A DNA stretch of 25,199 bases from a virus: the UHGV virus genome UHGV-0245202; one strand, 5' to 3'. A model generated the notes under the pieces. The model saw nothing but the letters and a program-made list of their open reading frames with translations, made no database searches and was not told the DNA's origin. A program made the position numbers and the translations under genes. How positions within the stretch are numbered: the first letter of the stretch is position 1; each line of letters opens with the position of its first letter. Positions 8,760-18,168 of this stretch are shown piece by piece.

Positions 8760-9020
8760 ATGTACAGCAAATACGACGAGGCGCAGTTTCACTTGAGACT
8801 TCCGCATGAACTCCACGCGAAAATTAAGCAGCGTGCGAAGATGAATAACAGGTCGCTGAACTCAGAGATAATTGCAGCGATTGAAGAATCATTGGATAAA
8901 CAAAGCTCTGCATCAGTTTACATTGACGATGCAGAGCGTATGGCAGAACAACAATCGGATATGGTTAAGAAAATTGTCTTTGATACGCTCAAGAAGCTAT
9001 ATAAAAAAGACAGTAGCTAA
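8760..9020 (+). CDS. mnt: Mnt-like ribbon-helix-helix repressor (immI-type)
   Basis: 86 aa from the ATG at 8760 (GGTGAGG upstream); the ORF track start at 8727 adds 11 codons. N-terminal RHH beta-strand motif (FHLRLPHELHAKIKQRA...GRSLNSEII) and a C-terminal tail DAERMAEQQSDMVKKIVFDTLKKLYKK matching the P22 Mnt tetramerisation helix from memory; located at the P22 immI position and transcribed opposite to the late genes, as P22 mnt is. Confidence 0.8.
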   Translation: MYSKYDEAQFHLRLPHELHAKIKQRAKMNNRSLNSEIIAAIEESLDKQSSASVYIDDAERMAEQQSDMVKKIVFDTLKKLYKKDSS

Positions 9021-9040
9021 CCATCCGTTACGGAGGATTT

Positions 9041-9118
9041 ATGCAAAGAGATATGCTGAATATTGCGTTCTACATATTTGGTTTTTGCACGTTCCTGGTG
9101 TTTGCGAAGCTATTCTGA
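9041..9118 (+). CDS. Putative 25-aa hydrophobic small protein (MQRDMLNIAFYIFGFCTFLVFAKLF); unannotated small ORF
   Basis: ATG at 9041 preceded by GGAGG (9032-9036, 4-nt spacer); 25 codons ending TGA at 9116-9118; a short polar N-terminus followed by a ~20-residue hydrophobic stretch. Lies 21 bp after the mnt stop on the same strand, and its 3' end overlaps the convergent gp16 stop codon (9110-9112). Below the 60-aa cut-off of the ORF track. Could be chance. Confidence 0.25.
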   Translation: MQRDMLNIAFYIFGFCTFLVFAKLF

Positions 9119-11503
9119 CAACGCATCAGACTTGGCACCCTGAGTAAGGGCGTTAATGGCCTTTTGCGCCTGCTGCATGGCTTTCTCAAACGCTGTTGAT
9201 CCGCGTGGGGTGTTTGCCATTCGGAGCATTGCATTTCTGAATGGCTCGCTCTCATAGGCGCGCGTAAGAAGTCCGTAGCTTACCGCTGCGCCAGTTGTCG
9301 CAGGGTTCATTGCTGTCCCATATCCGATAATGAACGGGATGGTTTGCTGCCCTGTTGGTGTTGTTACTGCCGCTTTTGCAGCCTGCTGCGTGGATTGCAG
9401 GTAGTTTTTCAATCCTTTCAGATAAGCGGCTTCCTGACCTTTAAATGTGATGCCAGTCTGGTTTTGCAGGATGTTAAGCTGTCGAAGGAACTGGTCAGGG
9501 GAACCACCTGATTTCTCCATCGCCTTTCCAATGATGCCATTGCGCATTTGCGCCCTGCCAACACGACCAACTGAGTTATACAGCGTCTTAATTTCCGATT
9601 TGTTCTTGCTGAATAGCATGTTGTTGACAACTTCCGGCGTCAGGTCGCCTTTCATGAGAACATTCTTCAGCCTGGTATTCTTTAGTTTCGCCGCTTCGTC
9701 AGCGTAGACGGCATTGGCCTGCTGATATTTACGGAGAGTATCGTTGCCAAGATTCTGACCAATGGCACCATTGATATCGTCGGTCATTGCCTTGTAAACG
9801 CGCTGAATGGCAGCATCGGAACGGTTTGGTAACACTGGTCGCTCCCCCTTCACGTCCATTCTGAACTGGCTGCGCAGATCGCTTAATTGCTTCAAATCCA
9901 GATTTACCGGACCATCAGGACCAGCATTGCGAACAAGCTCATCACGATAGGACTGAAGTTTTGAAATAGTCTCGTTATCAGCAACCTTACCAAGCTTCTG
10001 CAGGTTAGATATTTCTGTATCAATCTGCTGAATTGCTCTTGCAGGCTGAATGTTTATTCCCGCCATAGCATTCTGAACCTGCTCAAGACGGTTCCCTGCA
10101 GCACGACGAATTCCTGATGTTTTCGCTTTAAGGCTGTCAATAACAACAGCTGGATCATACTCACCGAATTTATCAGCAAATCTCTGCACCAACTGGCTTC
10201 TCGCTTCCTGTTGCGTTGCTCTCATTCCGCTTGTGCCAGCCAGGGGGATATTTTCCGCTGTCGTCTGCGCCATTTTTCCGACGCGGGAAATGGGTTGTAA
10301 CAGGTCTGTGGTGTGCAGAGGAACTCCTTCACGTTCTGCAAATCTGATAGCCTGTTGCGCTTCTGGTGCTATCGAACCACGAACACCACGATAAGCAGCG
10401 CCTAATCCACGTCCGGCAGCGTTAATAGCACCGCCAGCCAGCACACCAACGCCTAAATCGGTGGCGAGTGCTTCCGCATCATCTTTCGCACTGTTTGCAG
10501 CAAGTGATCCAACTGCGTTTTCTGCGAGAAGGCGAGTTGCCCCCTGAGCAATTCGACCAGCAAGTGTTGGTGCCTGTGCTGCCGCTCTCTCAACGCCAGC
10601 AGGAGTGAGGTAAGGCAATGCTTCAGCAAATACCCTTCCCTCTGTCGTTTGTGGAGTCAGCGCGCCTTGCTGAAGGCCAAAGTCCTGCTCTAATCCCTGC
10701 GTTGTTACTCGTGGTGCTGGTTGATATGTACCATCGCCAATGCCGAGTTTACCGCCAGCCCAAGCCGCCGCGCTTGTTACAGCATCAGTGAGTTCAGCAG
10801 GTATGTTCGCTACGTTGATTCCTGCCTGTAGTAAGCCTCGCCCGGTTTCAGCAAGTCCATTACCAAGGTCAGACATTATTCCGCCTTGCTGCTGAACAGG
10901 TTTCGGTGCGACAGAACTTACGGGTTGAGGTGGCTGCTGACTGGCTGCCTGCTGCTCAATCTGAGCAAATGGATTATTTGGGTCTGACTGCACGCCTGAT
11001 GCCGATACTTGTTCGGATGACTGTGCTTCCAGTTGTGCAAACGGGTTGTTAGGGTCTTGCTGAGGATGTACCTTTGCAGAGGTGGCGCGCTGTTCGACTG
11101 TTGAGTCTGTCACCGGGTCACCCGCCCATTGAGCAAAGCGATCATCAACGTAACCGCGGCCTTCAGGTCCTGGCGTATATTCACCACGCTTTGCCTTCAT
11201 AACGTTGCCGGGACCGTCGTGATAAGCCTGAAGAGCGTCACGCCAGTTACCAAACTGCTGGTACATCTTTGCCAGATAGCGCGCGCCAGCGTCAGCCTGA
11301 TATTCGGGGTTTTGCATTTGCTCATCGGTATAACCCATATCACGCCATGTCCCAGGCATGACCTGAGTCAATCCTACAGCCCCGGCGGAGCTTACTGCGG
11401 CAGGGTTGTAAGAAGACTCCTTGGCACCCAGTGCAGTCATCAACCCTTCTGGCACACCGTAACGTGCGCCAGCCTGCTCTAACAAATCACGGTAATTAGC
11501 CAT
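9110..11503 (-). CDS. Ejection (DNA-transfer) protein at the gp16 position, with an N-terminal lytic transglycosylase (SLT) domain
   Basis: 797 aa; last gene of the gp7-gp20-gp16 ejection block by position. The N-terminal ~130 aa carry family-1 lytic transglycosylase motifs (GAKESSYNPAAVSSAGAVGLTQVMPGTW ... ALQAYHDGPGNV); this is followed by a Q/P-rich linker with a duplicated DPNNPFAQ(L/I)E motif and a long Ala/Gly-rich C-terminal region. Start codon abuts the upstream stop (TAA at 11504-11506, ATG at 11501-11503). Confidence 0.85.
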   Translation of the reverse strand: MANYRDLLEQAGARYGVPEGLMTALGAKESSYNPAAVSSAGAVGLTQVMPGTWRDMGYTDEQMQNPEYQADAGARYLAKMYQQFGNWRDALQAYHDGPGNVMKAKRGEYTPGPEGRGYVDDRFAQWAGDPVTDSTVEQRATSAKVHPQQDPNNPFAQLEAQSSEQVSASGVQSDPNNPFAQIEQQAASQQPPQPVSSVAPKPVQQQGGIMSDLGNGLAETGRGLLQAGINVANIPAELTDAVTSAAAWAGGKLGIGDGTYQPAPRVTTQGLEQDFGLQQGALTPQTTEGRVFAEALPYLTPAGVERAAAQAPTLAGRIAQGATRLLAENAVGSLAANSAKDDAEALATDLGVGVLAGGAINAAGRGLGAAYRGVRGSIAPEAQQAIRFAEREGVPLHTTDLLQPISRVGKMAQTTAENIPLAGTSGMRATQQEARSQLVQRFADKFGEYDPAVVIDSLKAKTSGIRRAAGNRLEQVQNAMAGINIQPARAIQQIDTEISNLQKLGKVADNETISKLQSYRDELVRNAGPDGPVNLDLKQLSDLRSQFRMDVKGERPVLPNRSDAAIQRVYKAMTDDINGAIGQNLGNDTLRKYQQANAVYADEAAKLKNTRLKNVLMKGDLTPEVVNNMLFSKNKSEIKTLYNSVGRVGRAQMRNGIIGKAMEKSGGSPDQFLRQLNILQNQTGITFKGQEAAYLKGLKNYLQSTQQAAKAAVTTPTGQQTIPFIIGYGTAMNPATTGAAVSYGLLTRAYESEPFRNAMLRMANTPRGSTAFEKAMQQAQKAINALTQGAKSDALSE

Positions 11504-12835
11504 TTACTGCCCCAAAGATGGAAGATATCCGTAGCGATTAATGAAGTCGATTGACAGCTCGGGGTGTTGCTTCAGGTAATCTATAGAAGCCTGAGGCGCT
11601 TCCACTCGCTTGATACCGTTTTGCTGAACGTACTTACCAACCGCCTCATTACGCTTCTGGTTGAGCGTGTTCAGGATGACGCCAGCGTTGCGACGAAAGG
11701 ACTCCTCGCTCTGCGAGTTCTGCAGCGAACCAACAGCCTGGTCGAGCTTTTTGCCCTCGGCATCAGAAAGTGCGCCCATGCCTCGCATGGCCTGAACCGC
11801 TGTCAGGTATGCTTGGGATTTAAAGGTATCAAGTCGTGCCTGAGTGTCTGCAGCCTGTGAGCCTGGAACGTTGGGGATTACTCCACGTAAGCCTGTAATG
11901 CTCTTAAGTGAAGGAGAACTAACGATATCGTTCAGAGTGAACATGCTGGTTGTGAGGGTGTTGATGCCGTCTTTGTAGCCATCATTTAGCGCTTGCTGCT
12001 TCTGCTGCAACTGCTGATTGTTGGCTGCTATGCGGCTCTGTATTTCCTGGCGCTTCAGGTCGTTAGTTTCTGCTGATAGCATCCGGTCAAGGCGCTTATT
12101 TTCGTTGTTAATGCGGTTTGTTTCTGCGTCCAGATTAATGCGCTGCTGACCTAAATTCGCCTGGATATCTTGCCCGCGCATTGTGATTGCCTGATTCCGA
12201 GCGGCGGTTTGCGAATCCAGATCCTGACCGCGCATGGTAACCTGGCGACCCTGCATTTTATCCTGTAGGTCAAAGTATTTTTCGGGTCCGAGACTGTTCA
12301 TCCCCAGGTGATCGACAAATTCGCCGAACTGCCGCGGGTTCTGTTGGTACATCTGAGCGACGTCCTGAGGATTAACGCCAACACGAGCTAACTCACCGGC
12401 GTTGTTTTGCAGCCATGATTGCATTGCTTCTGGAGACGATGACGCAAGGCGTGCGCCAGCCGCTAAGGTGCCGATAGAATTACGCTGGTCTTCATCAATG
12501 AACCCCATGCCTTTACGGACGGATTCAATCTGGTCTGGATATTGAGTAGCCAACTGACGCAAAGCACCGCGATCACCAGACGCATAAGCATTAGCGTACG
12601 CCTGCTGAAATTCTTTCTGCCGCTGAGCCTGCTTTTCCTGCTGAAACACCCCTGCAATACCTGAAAGGCCTTGCAAAGCAGTCAGCCCAACATTGTTAGC
12701 GCCTGAACGCTCAATATCATTGTTCTGCCTGATAAGCTGAAGCGTATTGCCGATGTCATTTACGCTCGGAGCGTTTGAGTTGACGCCGCCGATACCAGCC
12801 AACAATCCGCCGTTTGTTCCTTGCCAAGTAGCCAT
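11504..12835 (-). CDS. Ejection (DNA-transfer) protein at the gp20 position
   Basis: 443 aa, between the gp7-like and gp16-like genes in P22 order; Gln/Asn-rich with coiled-coil-like central repeats typical of Podoviridae internal/ejection proteins. Assigned by synteny and composition; homology not verified. Confidence 0.7.
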   Translation of the reverse strand: MATWQGTNGGLLAGIGGVNSNAPSVNDIGNTLQLIRQNNDIERSGANNVGLTALQGLSGIAGVFQQEKQAQRQKEFQQAYANAYASGDRGALRQLATQYPDQIESVRKGMGFIDEDQRNSIGTLAAGARLASSSPEAMQSWLQNNAGELARVGVNPQDVAQMYQQNPRQFGEFVDHLGMNSLGPEKYFDLQDKMQGRQVTMRGQDLDSQTAARNQAITMRGQDIQANLGQQRINLDAETNRINNENKRLDRMLSAETNDLKRQEIQSRIAANNQQLQQKQQALNDGYKDGINTLTTSMFTLNDIVSSPSLKSITGLRGVIPNVPGSQAADTQARLDTFKSQAYLTAVQAMRGMGALSDAEGKKLDQAVGSLQNSQSEESFRRNAGVILNTLNQKRNEAVGKYVQQNGIKRVEAPQASIDYLKQHPELSIDFINRYGYLPSLGQ

Positions 12836-12844
12836 GATTACCCC

Positions 12845-13537
12845 TTAAAACAACGAGCCAAGCAATCCGATACCAGCACCAATGCCAGCGCCCCAAGGCG
12901 TTGATGTTCCCAAAAGGCTGGCAAGACCTGCACCGGCAATCGCACCGGACGTTCCGCCGCTAATTGCTGTCTGAAGACTTGATGGTTTGTTGGCATTAGC
13001 AGCGGCAAGAGCTGCGCTTTGCTGTGCAATGCTGCTCATGTTGTTGGCGTACGTCTGCCCGGCGTTTGCCTGACCTTGCAGAGCACCAAGCCCAACGTTT
13101 GCCAGATTGTTGTAATTGCTCATCTGGTTTGATAACCAAGACTGACCGAGAGTCGGCGCGATCGTAGCCAGTTGATTGCTTGTGGCTGTCGAACCAAGTC
13201 CTCCCGTAGCCTCCGCAGCAGCAAGACTCTGGTAACGAGCCTGACCTGCAAGGTCTTTATACTGCTGAGAGTTGTAATACTGATTAAGTGCCTGCCCCTG
13301 ACCTTCTAAACTGGAAAGGTTCTGAAGCTGGTTAACATACTGCTCCGCAAGAGGCGTGAACGGAGCAAGGTTTTTCATGATCGTCTGCCACTGCTGATTT
13401 TGCAGGTCTGCGGCATACTTCTGAGCTTCTGCTGCATATTTTGCGCTTTTATCAGAACTGCCACCTTTCCCGCCTTTTTCAGGGCAATAAGGTTCCTCAC
13501 CGCGCAGTTTTCTGCCCAGTTTAAATGCATATAACAT
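12845..13537 (-). CDS. Ejection (DNA-transfer) protein at the gp7 position
   Basis: 230 aa (P22 gp7 is about 229 aa); N-terminus MLYAFKLGRKLRGEEPYCPEKGGKGG and a Gly/Ala-rich hydrophobic C-terminus; position immediately after the gp14-like gene matches P22 order. Confidence 0.75.
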   Translation of the reverse strand: MLYAFKLGRKLRGEEPYCPEKGGKGGSSDKSAKYAAEAQKYAADLQNQQWQTIMKNLAPFTPLAEQYVNQLQNLSSLEGQGQALNQYYNSQQYKDLAGQARYQSLAAAEATGGLGSTATSNQLATIAPTLGQSWLSNQMSNYNNLANVGLGALQGQANAGQTYANNMSSIAQQSAALAAANANKPSSLQTAISGGTSGAIAGAGLASLLGTSTPWGAGIGAGIGLLGSLF

Positions 13538-13539
13538 GG

Positions 13540-13995
13540 CTATCTCCCGTGATTCAGGAAGTCGATTAGTTCTTCGCGTGTGGCGCTGTAAAACGTCACG
13601 TCATCCACGCCTTTGAAGTATTTCTTGATGGTTCCTACACGCTTAAGGCCAATCATTGCGCAGTACATCTGACCGTGGCGGAATTTTCGTGCAGCAAATG
13701 ATGTGACGCACTGAACGGTGGTGTTAGTCAGAATGTATCGCCAGAACGCCAGCCCGATTTCCTTGCTGAATCCACGAACCTCTGGCAGGTACATGGCGTG
13801 GCAATCGAATGTCAGCGGCTGAATCTCCTGATAGTAAACAATGCCGCCGAACTGCCCGTGCACGTTCACCTCAAAGTAACGGCAATCATGTTTATAGTCG
13901 TATCCATCACCGTTGTTGCTCCCGGCAATAATGTCAGGGTGATTTCCGACTGCTTCTATCAGGTCGATGTTTCGCGTTGGTTTGAATGTAATCAT
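13540..13995 (-). CDS. gp14-position protein (ejection/virion-assembly associated), function uncertain
   Basis: 151-aa ORF between the tail needle gene and the gp7-like gene, where P22 encodes gp14; one-nucleotide overlap with the upstream stop. Assignment is by synteny only; I do not recognise the sequence. Confidence 0.5.
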   Translation of the reverse strand: MITFKPTRNIDLIEAVGNHPDIIAGSNNGDGYDYKHDCRYFEVNVHGQFGGIVYYQEIQPLTFDCHAMYLPEVRGFSKEIGLAFWRYILTNTTVQCVTSFAARKFRHGQMYCAMIGLKRVGTIKKYFKGVDDVTFYSATREELIDFLNHGR

Positions 13996-14696
13996 CAGTC
14001 AATCAGCCCATGTAATCTAAGTGCCGTTTCAAGCGCCAGAATACGCTGCCGCGCCTGCTGCAAACCTGTAGCGAGTGCTGAGACTTCGGATTGCGTGTAC
14101 GTAGTGCCGACAGCGTATGACTGGTTAGCGTTGAATGCGCCGAGGAGTGCCGTTCCGGTTGCCGCTGTCCATCCTGTCTGACGAGCACCGATAACCTTGG
14201 TGCCGCCGACTGAATAGGATGTTGTTACGTTGAGGGGGGATGCCAGCGATTGTGTTGCTGTTGCTGTTTTCGATACGTAATCGTCCTGCAATGCAGAAAT
14301 ATTTCCTTCAGCCTCCGTCACTCTACCATCAAGAGCACTGACATCAGCCTGCAAGGTGACTATTTCACCTTCAGCCGTGGTTAGTCTGACATCCAGCGAC
14401 GCGATTGCATTGGTATTTGCAGTAATACGGATTTCATGGTCGTCTACGTCGATGCGGAGCTGACGAATTCTTTCTTCGTGATCGACCAGAATAACATCCT
14501 GCTCATCGTTCCTGACCTGTGCATCATAAGCGCCCTGTCCGGCCTCGTTGGCCTTGTTAGCCACGTTACCAACATCAGTGCCCTGTGCGATAACGTAAAG
14601 CAGATACGACTGCGAGAAGATATTGCGTGGAAGGACTGATGTGTCGAGCCGTGTAGCCTGAATGATTACCGGCACATTGAGATTCGAATCCGCCAT
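13995..14696 (-). CDS. Tail needle protein (gp26)
   Basis: 233 aa from the ATG at 14694-14696 (TAATG overlap with the gp10 stop); the ORF track start at 14798 lies inside gp10. N-terminal and coiled-coil regions ([12 protein letters not shown]...[14 protein letters not shown]...[20 protein letters not shown]...[14 protein letters not shown]...TTAEGEI...[31 protein letters not shown]) match the P22 gp26 trimeric needle from memory, ending ...L.AHGLID. Confidence 0.88.
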   Translation of the reverse strand: MADSNLNVPVIIQATRLDTSVLPRNIFSQSYLLYVIAQGTDVGNVANKANEAGQGAYDAQVRNDEQDVILVDHEERIRQLRIDVDDHEIRITANTNAIASLDVRLTTAEGEIVTLQADVSALDGRVTEAEGNISALQDDYVSKTATATQSLASPLNVTTSYSVGGTKVIGARQTGWTAATGTALLGAFNANQSYAVGTTYTQSEVSALATGLQQARQRILALETALRLHGLID

Positions 14697-16114
14697 TACT
14701 CGATCCTTATCTGGCAGCCAGACAGAGTGACAGGTGACTTCGTGATAACGCGCAATTTGAAGCCAATGTTTTTCCTGATGCGCCCTACTTTCTTCCACAA
14801 AACGCGTTTGTCGTAAACGAACGGTTCATTCTGCTCAATCATCTGCTCACGTCCGTAATTGATTCCGTCAGTGGTTGCAGAGAGGAACAGGCGGTCAGCG
14901 TACTGCGCAACGCCAGTTGAAGATTCAACTTCAAGGTCGAAAACTCTGGCGTTATCCGCTTTGAAGAGGGGAGTAAACAGCAGGTGTTCCTGTTGCTTGT
15001 CGTACTGGCTGCTGATATCGAACTGCAATTTGCCGGTAACCGATTCCAGCTTATCGCCGCACGTTATCTGATTTCCTTCGTAAATGAAGTCGATAGCGCG
15101 GTACACATCGTCATACAGGCCTGTTTTCAACACACACCATTGCGGACCATTGGCGCTTGAAGATGCGTCGTACACGAGGACGTGACGCGTAAGATGGATA
15201 ATCAGCAGTTCATGCGCATCAAATCGCAGCGATTCCATCACACCATCAGCCAGTTCATCAGCAGTGTAGGAGCGTAGTATTTTCTCAATGCTCGCGCTGG
15301 CGATTGGTGATACCTGACCGGAGCCGATGATATACACAGACGGCGCACCTGTTGCCGGATTGCTGATGAACGCATACGAGTCAGCAAACGGCGTTTTGCA
15401 GTAGGTTCCGGCAATGCCTTTCTGCACCATCAGCGATGGCTGGGCGACATACAAAGCAGCACCAACGGTGGTTGCACCAGTCAGGGAAAAATACTCAATC
15501 GTCGATGAACCAAAGCAGACGATGAAGTCTCGCCATGTTCCGATTCCGATGATGCCGTCAGGCTGCGACTCGGCACGATATTGTGCGCTGTAGCGGTCAG
15601 GATGTGATTCGTCTTCAAGGTCAGTGATAAACCATGAATCAGTGCCGTCTTTTGACCACGCATAACGCCCACGCAAGCGCGTAATGTCGCGAACTGAACC
15701 TAACTCATACTGAGTGAATCCACTGTCTGTAGGCCAGTTTGAGACGGTTTTAACCGTGCCATCATAGCGATACTCGATCAGTTGGCCATTAACGCCTACC
15801 GCCTGTGATGTTCGACCATGCGCCATTGATACGCGACCACTTCCGGCAACATCACCGACTTCACTTTCGCCTTTGTAGAGCTTCCCACCACACACGCGAT
15901 AAACAGCACTCTGCGCCATGTTGTACTCGACGCCGCGCGATATACCGTTCACATTAGAACGTTTGGCAATGCCCGGGAATGAGCGAAGATATCCGCTGCT
16001 GTTGAGGATTTCTTTGGGTGTAGCCAGCATATTCACTGGCAGATAGTCGATATAGTCGGCGCTTCGAAAGTCTTTACCGACACCTTTCATAAGCGGAAGT
16101 TGCTGAATCGGCAT
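14696..16114 (-). CDS. Tail hub protein (gp10)
   Basis: 472 aa, the same length as P22 gp10, at the syntenic position between gp4 and gp26; translationally coupled to neighbours. Confidence 0.85.
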   Translation of the reverse strand: MPIQQLPLMKGVGKDFRSADYIDYLPVNMLATPKEILNSSGYLRSFPGIAKRSNVNGISRGVEYNMAQSAVYRVCGGKLYKGESEVGDVAGSGRVSMAHGRTSQAVGVNGQLIEYRYDGTVKTVSNWPTDSGFTQYELGSVRDITRLRGRYAWSKDGTDSWFITDLEDESHPDRYSAQYRAESQPDGIIGIGTWRDFIVCFGSSTIEYFSLTGATTVGAALYVAQPSLMVQKGIAGTYCKTPFADSYAFISNPATGAPSVYIIGSGQVSPIASASIEKILRSYTADELADGVMESLRFDAHELLIIHLTRHVLVYDASSSANGPQWCVLKTGLYDDVYRAIDFIYEGNQITCGDKLESVTGKLQFDISSQYDKQQEHLLFTPLFKADNARVFDLEVESSTGVAQYADRLFLSATTDGINYGREQMIEQNEPFVYDKRVLWKKVGRIRKNIGFKLRVITKSPVTLSGCQIRIE

Positions 16115-16614
16115 TATTCGCTCCCGTTATCGCAAGGTTTCTTTCGGTGGAAGTAATTACAACCGTTCCACTTCGCCAACTGGTTACCGCTACCAACAGG
16201 CATACGGTTAGGATAACCGGACTTACATTTAGCGGCTTTTGCTCTATCCATTGCAGACAGTTTGACGAGTCGCTCTTTCCCGTATCTGGCAGTGGTTATA
16301 AGTTTTGCAGGCGCTTCCAGCGCATAATCCGGTGCAATGCGGCAGGCAAGGTTGAAAATGACAGCATTGATAGCGTTATTTGATAAACCGTGCTCATCGC
16401 CCGGATCTGGAGAGACATCTGCATCAGCGAAAATGTAGCCAACGTTGATACCAGGTGACACATCACCGCCAAGCCATTCAGCCATCATCATTTCAAGGTC
16501 GTTGACGCCGTCTTCCATAGACTGCGGTTCGACATCGGTTAACGTGGCATTTGATGCCACACCGAGCTTACGTAATGCCGCAAGAACTAAATCACCCTTC
16601 GTTGTCAGGTTCAT
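16114..16614 (-). CDS. Head completion / tail adaptor protein (gp4)
   Basis: 166 aa from the ATG at 16612-16614; matches P22 gp4 from memory ([37 protein letters not shown] ... [23 protein letters not shown] ... YP.RMP.GSGN). The ORF track start at 16689 adds 25 codons ([11 protein letters not shown]...) that overlap the upstream small ORF in another frame. Confidence 0.85.
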   Translation of the reverse strand: MNLTTKGDLVLAALRKLGVASNATLTDVEPQSMEDGVNDLEMMMAEWLGGDVSPGINVGYIFADADVSPDPGDEHGLSNNAINAVIFNLACRIAPDYALEAPAKLITTARYGKERLVKLSAMDRAKAAKCKSGYPNRMPVGSGNQLAKWNGCNYFHRKKPCDNGSE

Positions 16615-16828
16615 CTGCTGCCGCCTTAGGTTTTCGACCAGGCTTTTTACGCTGTTTTTCTTCTGGCTCTGGCTCTGGCTCTGCAACATCCTTCAAAAGG
16701 TCATCAGGATGTGAAAACCAGCCAGCATCCAGATATTCCTGAAGCTCTTCGGCTTTCACGATTTCAAAGTCGTAGCCAATGCCTTTCCACTTCTTCATGT
16801 CGCCATGACGAAAGATCATGTGTGTCAT
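16592..16828 (-). CDS. Small hypothetical protein between coat and gp4, with a low-complexity acidic/basic C-terminus
   Basis: 78 aa from the ATG at 16826-16828, which has a good SD (TGGAGA, 5-nt spacer); the ORF track start at 16876 is a GTG overlapping the coat stop. C-terminal region [30 protein letters not shown]; the 3' end overlaps the gp4 start by 23 nt. Function unknown. Confidence 0.45.
   Translation of the reverse strand: MTHMIFRHGDMKKWKGIGYDFEIVKAEELQEYLDAGWFSHPDDLLKDVAEPEPEPEEKQRKKPGRKPKAAADEPDNEG
16663..16683. repeat. Hexanucleotide tandem repeat (CTGGCT)x3.5
   Basis: ctggctctggctctggctctg at 16663-16683; encodes EPEPEPE in the small-ORF frame and SQSQSQ in the non-homologous upstream extension of the gp4 frame. 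Confidence 0.7.
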
Positions 16829-16872
16829 GCTTGTCTCCAGATAAAAACGGGAGCCGAAGCTCCCTCTGGTTA

Positions 16873-18168
16873 TCACGCGGTCTGGTTAGGCAGACCAACA
16901 CCAATTGCCTCTGGCCGTACAGCACATGCTGAATACCACACAGCAATACGGCACTTACCAGACAGAGTATTGATATCACCCTGCGTTGCGAAGATGCCGT
17001 TAACACCAATACCAGGAATGCTGAAGGAAGACGTTTTCATGCCAGCAAACAGTTCATGGGTTACCGGAATCGGCTGAGACAGCAGGCGGATTGAGTCATC
17101 AGCCCAGAACACGTTAGCGGTGGTTGTTGCCACGTTCAGAACGTTTACCGGAGTGCTATCAGCAAGAGAGGTGTTTACGTTAGCGTAAGCCTTCTCTTCT
17201 TTTGTCAGTGACGCGTCATCCAGCGCAATCGGCTTCGGCGTGATTTCGATGTGAGTACCATCGATCACACGGGTGATTGAGAAAGTCGCATCATCAGTCA
17301 GCACGTTCTTCGCCATCTGAGACAGGAATTTCACACCAGTGAAGCTGATTTTGTCGCCGCGCTTAAATCCGGTGGTGGAGGATACGGTCACCGTTGCAAC
17401 ACGGTTATCGACGTTCTCTTTGTTACCATCGGTATCAAGGGTGTATGCCTGCGGCTTAAACTTCTGCGCACCAGAAACAGTTACACCAGTAGCGGTTGAC
17501 TTGGTAACTGCCGGAAGTTTCGGTGAGCGAAGAATTTCATCAAAGCCAGCAATCTGACGCTGAATAGTACCGTTGCGATACGCTTCTTCAGGAACGCGCC
17601 CAAAGATGTCACCATCTACCAGGTTGCGGCCTGCTTTGCGGTAATCGTCAGGGTTCAGGAAGTAACTGATGCCCATATCGCGGTTTAGCTCACGGGAGAA
17701 CATCAGGCGCTCTGCATCAGACACAAAATCCCAGCCAGACAGGCCAGTAGATGGACCAATTGCGCGGGTATCGTGAACAACAAGCGAGCCCATTTCAGTT
17801 GCCTGTTTGGCAATCGCTGACTCAATGTTATTCGCCAGTTTTTTGGCGGATGCCTGGATGCGGCGACGGTAAGAACGCTCATCACGCAGGTCATCTGCAC
17901 GAAGCTCGAAGAAATCGTTATCCGGATCGCCCATGTTGCATTTCACGGAGAGTTCCAGAATCCCGGTTGCGTTGCCAGTTAAATCCCAGCCAGTCTGGGT
18001 TGGCGCTTCCTGCTCAACAGGCATCCACACGGTGTTGCTTGAACGCTGCATGGATTCTGCCGGAGGGGTGTATTTTGTCACTTTGGACGCCATTGGCGTC
18101 AGGTTCTGGACGGTTTCGATGATTTCATCCAGAGCATACGTGACCAGTTGACCTTCATTTAATGCCAT
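16873..18168 (-). CDS. Major capsid (coat) protein, gp5
   Basis: 431 aa; strong full-length match to P22 coat protein from memory (MALNEGQ.VT.A.DEIIET...[34 protein letters not shown] ... GVGLP.QTA at the C-terminus); TAATG overlap with the scaffold stop at 18168. Confidence 0.95.
   Translation of the reverse strand: MALNEGQLVTYALDEIIETVQNLTPMASKVTKYTPPAESMQRSSNTVWMPVEQEAPTQTGWDLTGNATGILELSVKCNMGDPDNDFFELRADDLRDERSYRRRIQASAKKLANNIESAIAKQATEMGSLVVHDTRAIGPSTGLSGWDFVSDAERLMFSRELNRDMGISYFLNPDDYRKAGRNLVDGDIFGRVPEEAYRNGTIQRQIAGFDEILRSPKLPAVTKSTATGVTVSGAQKFKPQAYTLDTDGNKENVDNRVATVTVSSTTGFKRGDKISFTGVKFLSQMAKNVLTDDATFSITRVIDGTHIEITPKPIALDDASLTKEEKAYANVNTSLADSTPVNVLNVATTTANVFWADDSIRLLSQPIPVTHELFAGMKTSSFSIPGIGVNGIFATQGDINTLSGKCRIAVWYSACAVRPEAIGVGLPNQTA

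Noticed and set aside
8872-9147. 91-aa plus-strand ORF overlapping the 3' half of mnt and the gp16 3' end
   Set aside because: Out of frame with mnt, no RBS, product is not protein-like (Arg/Trp/His-rich), and it spans two real genes.
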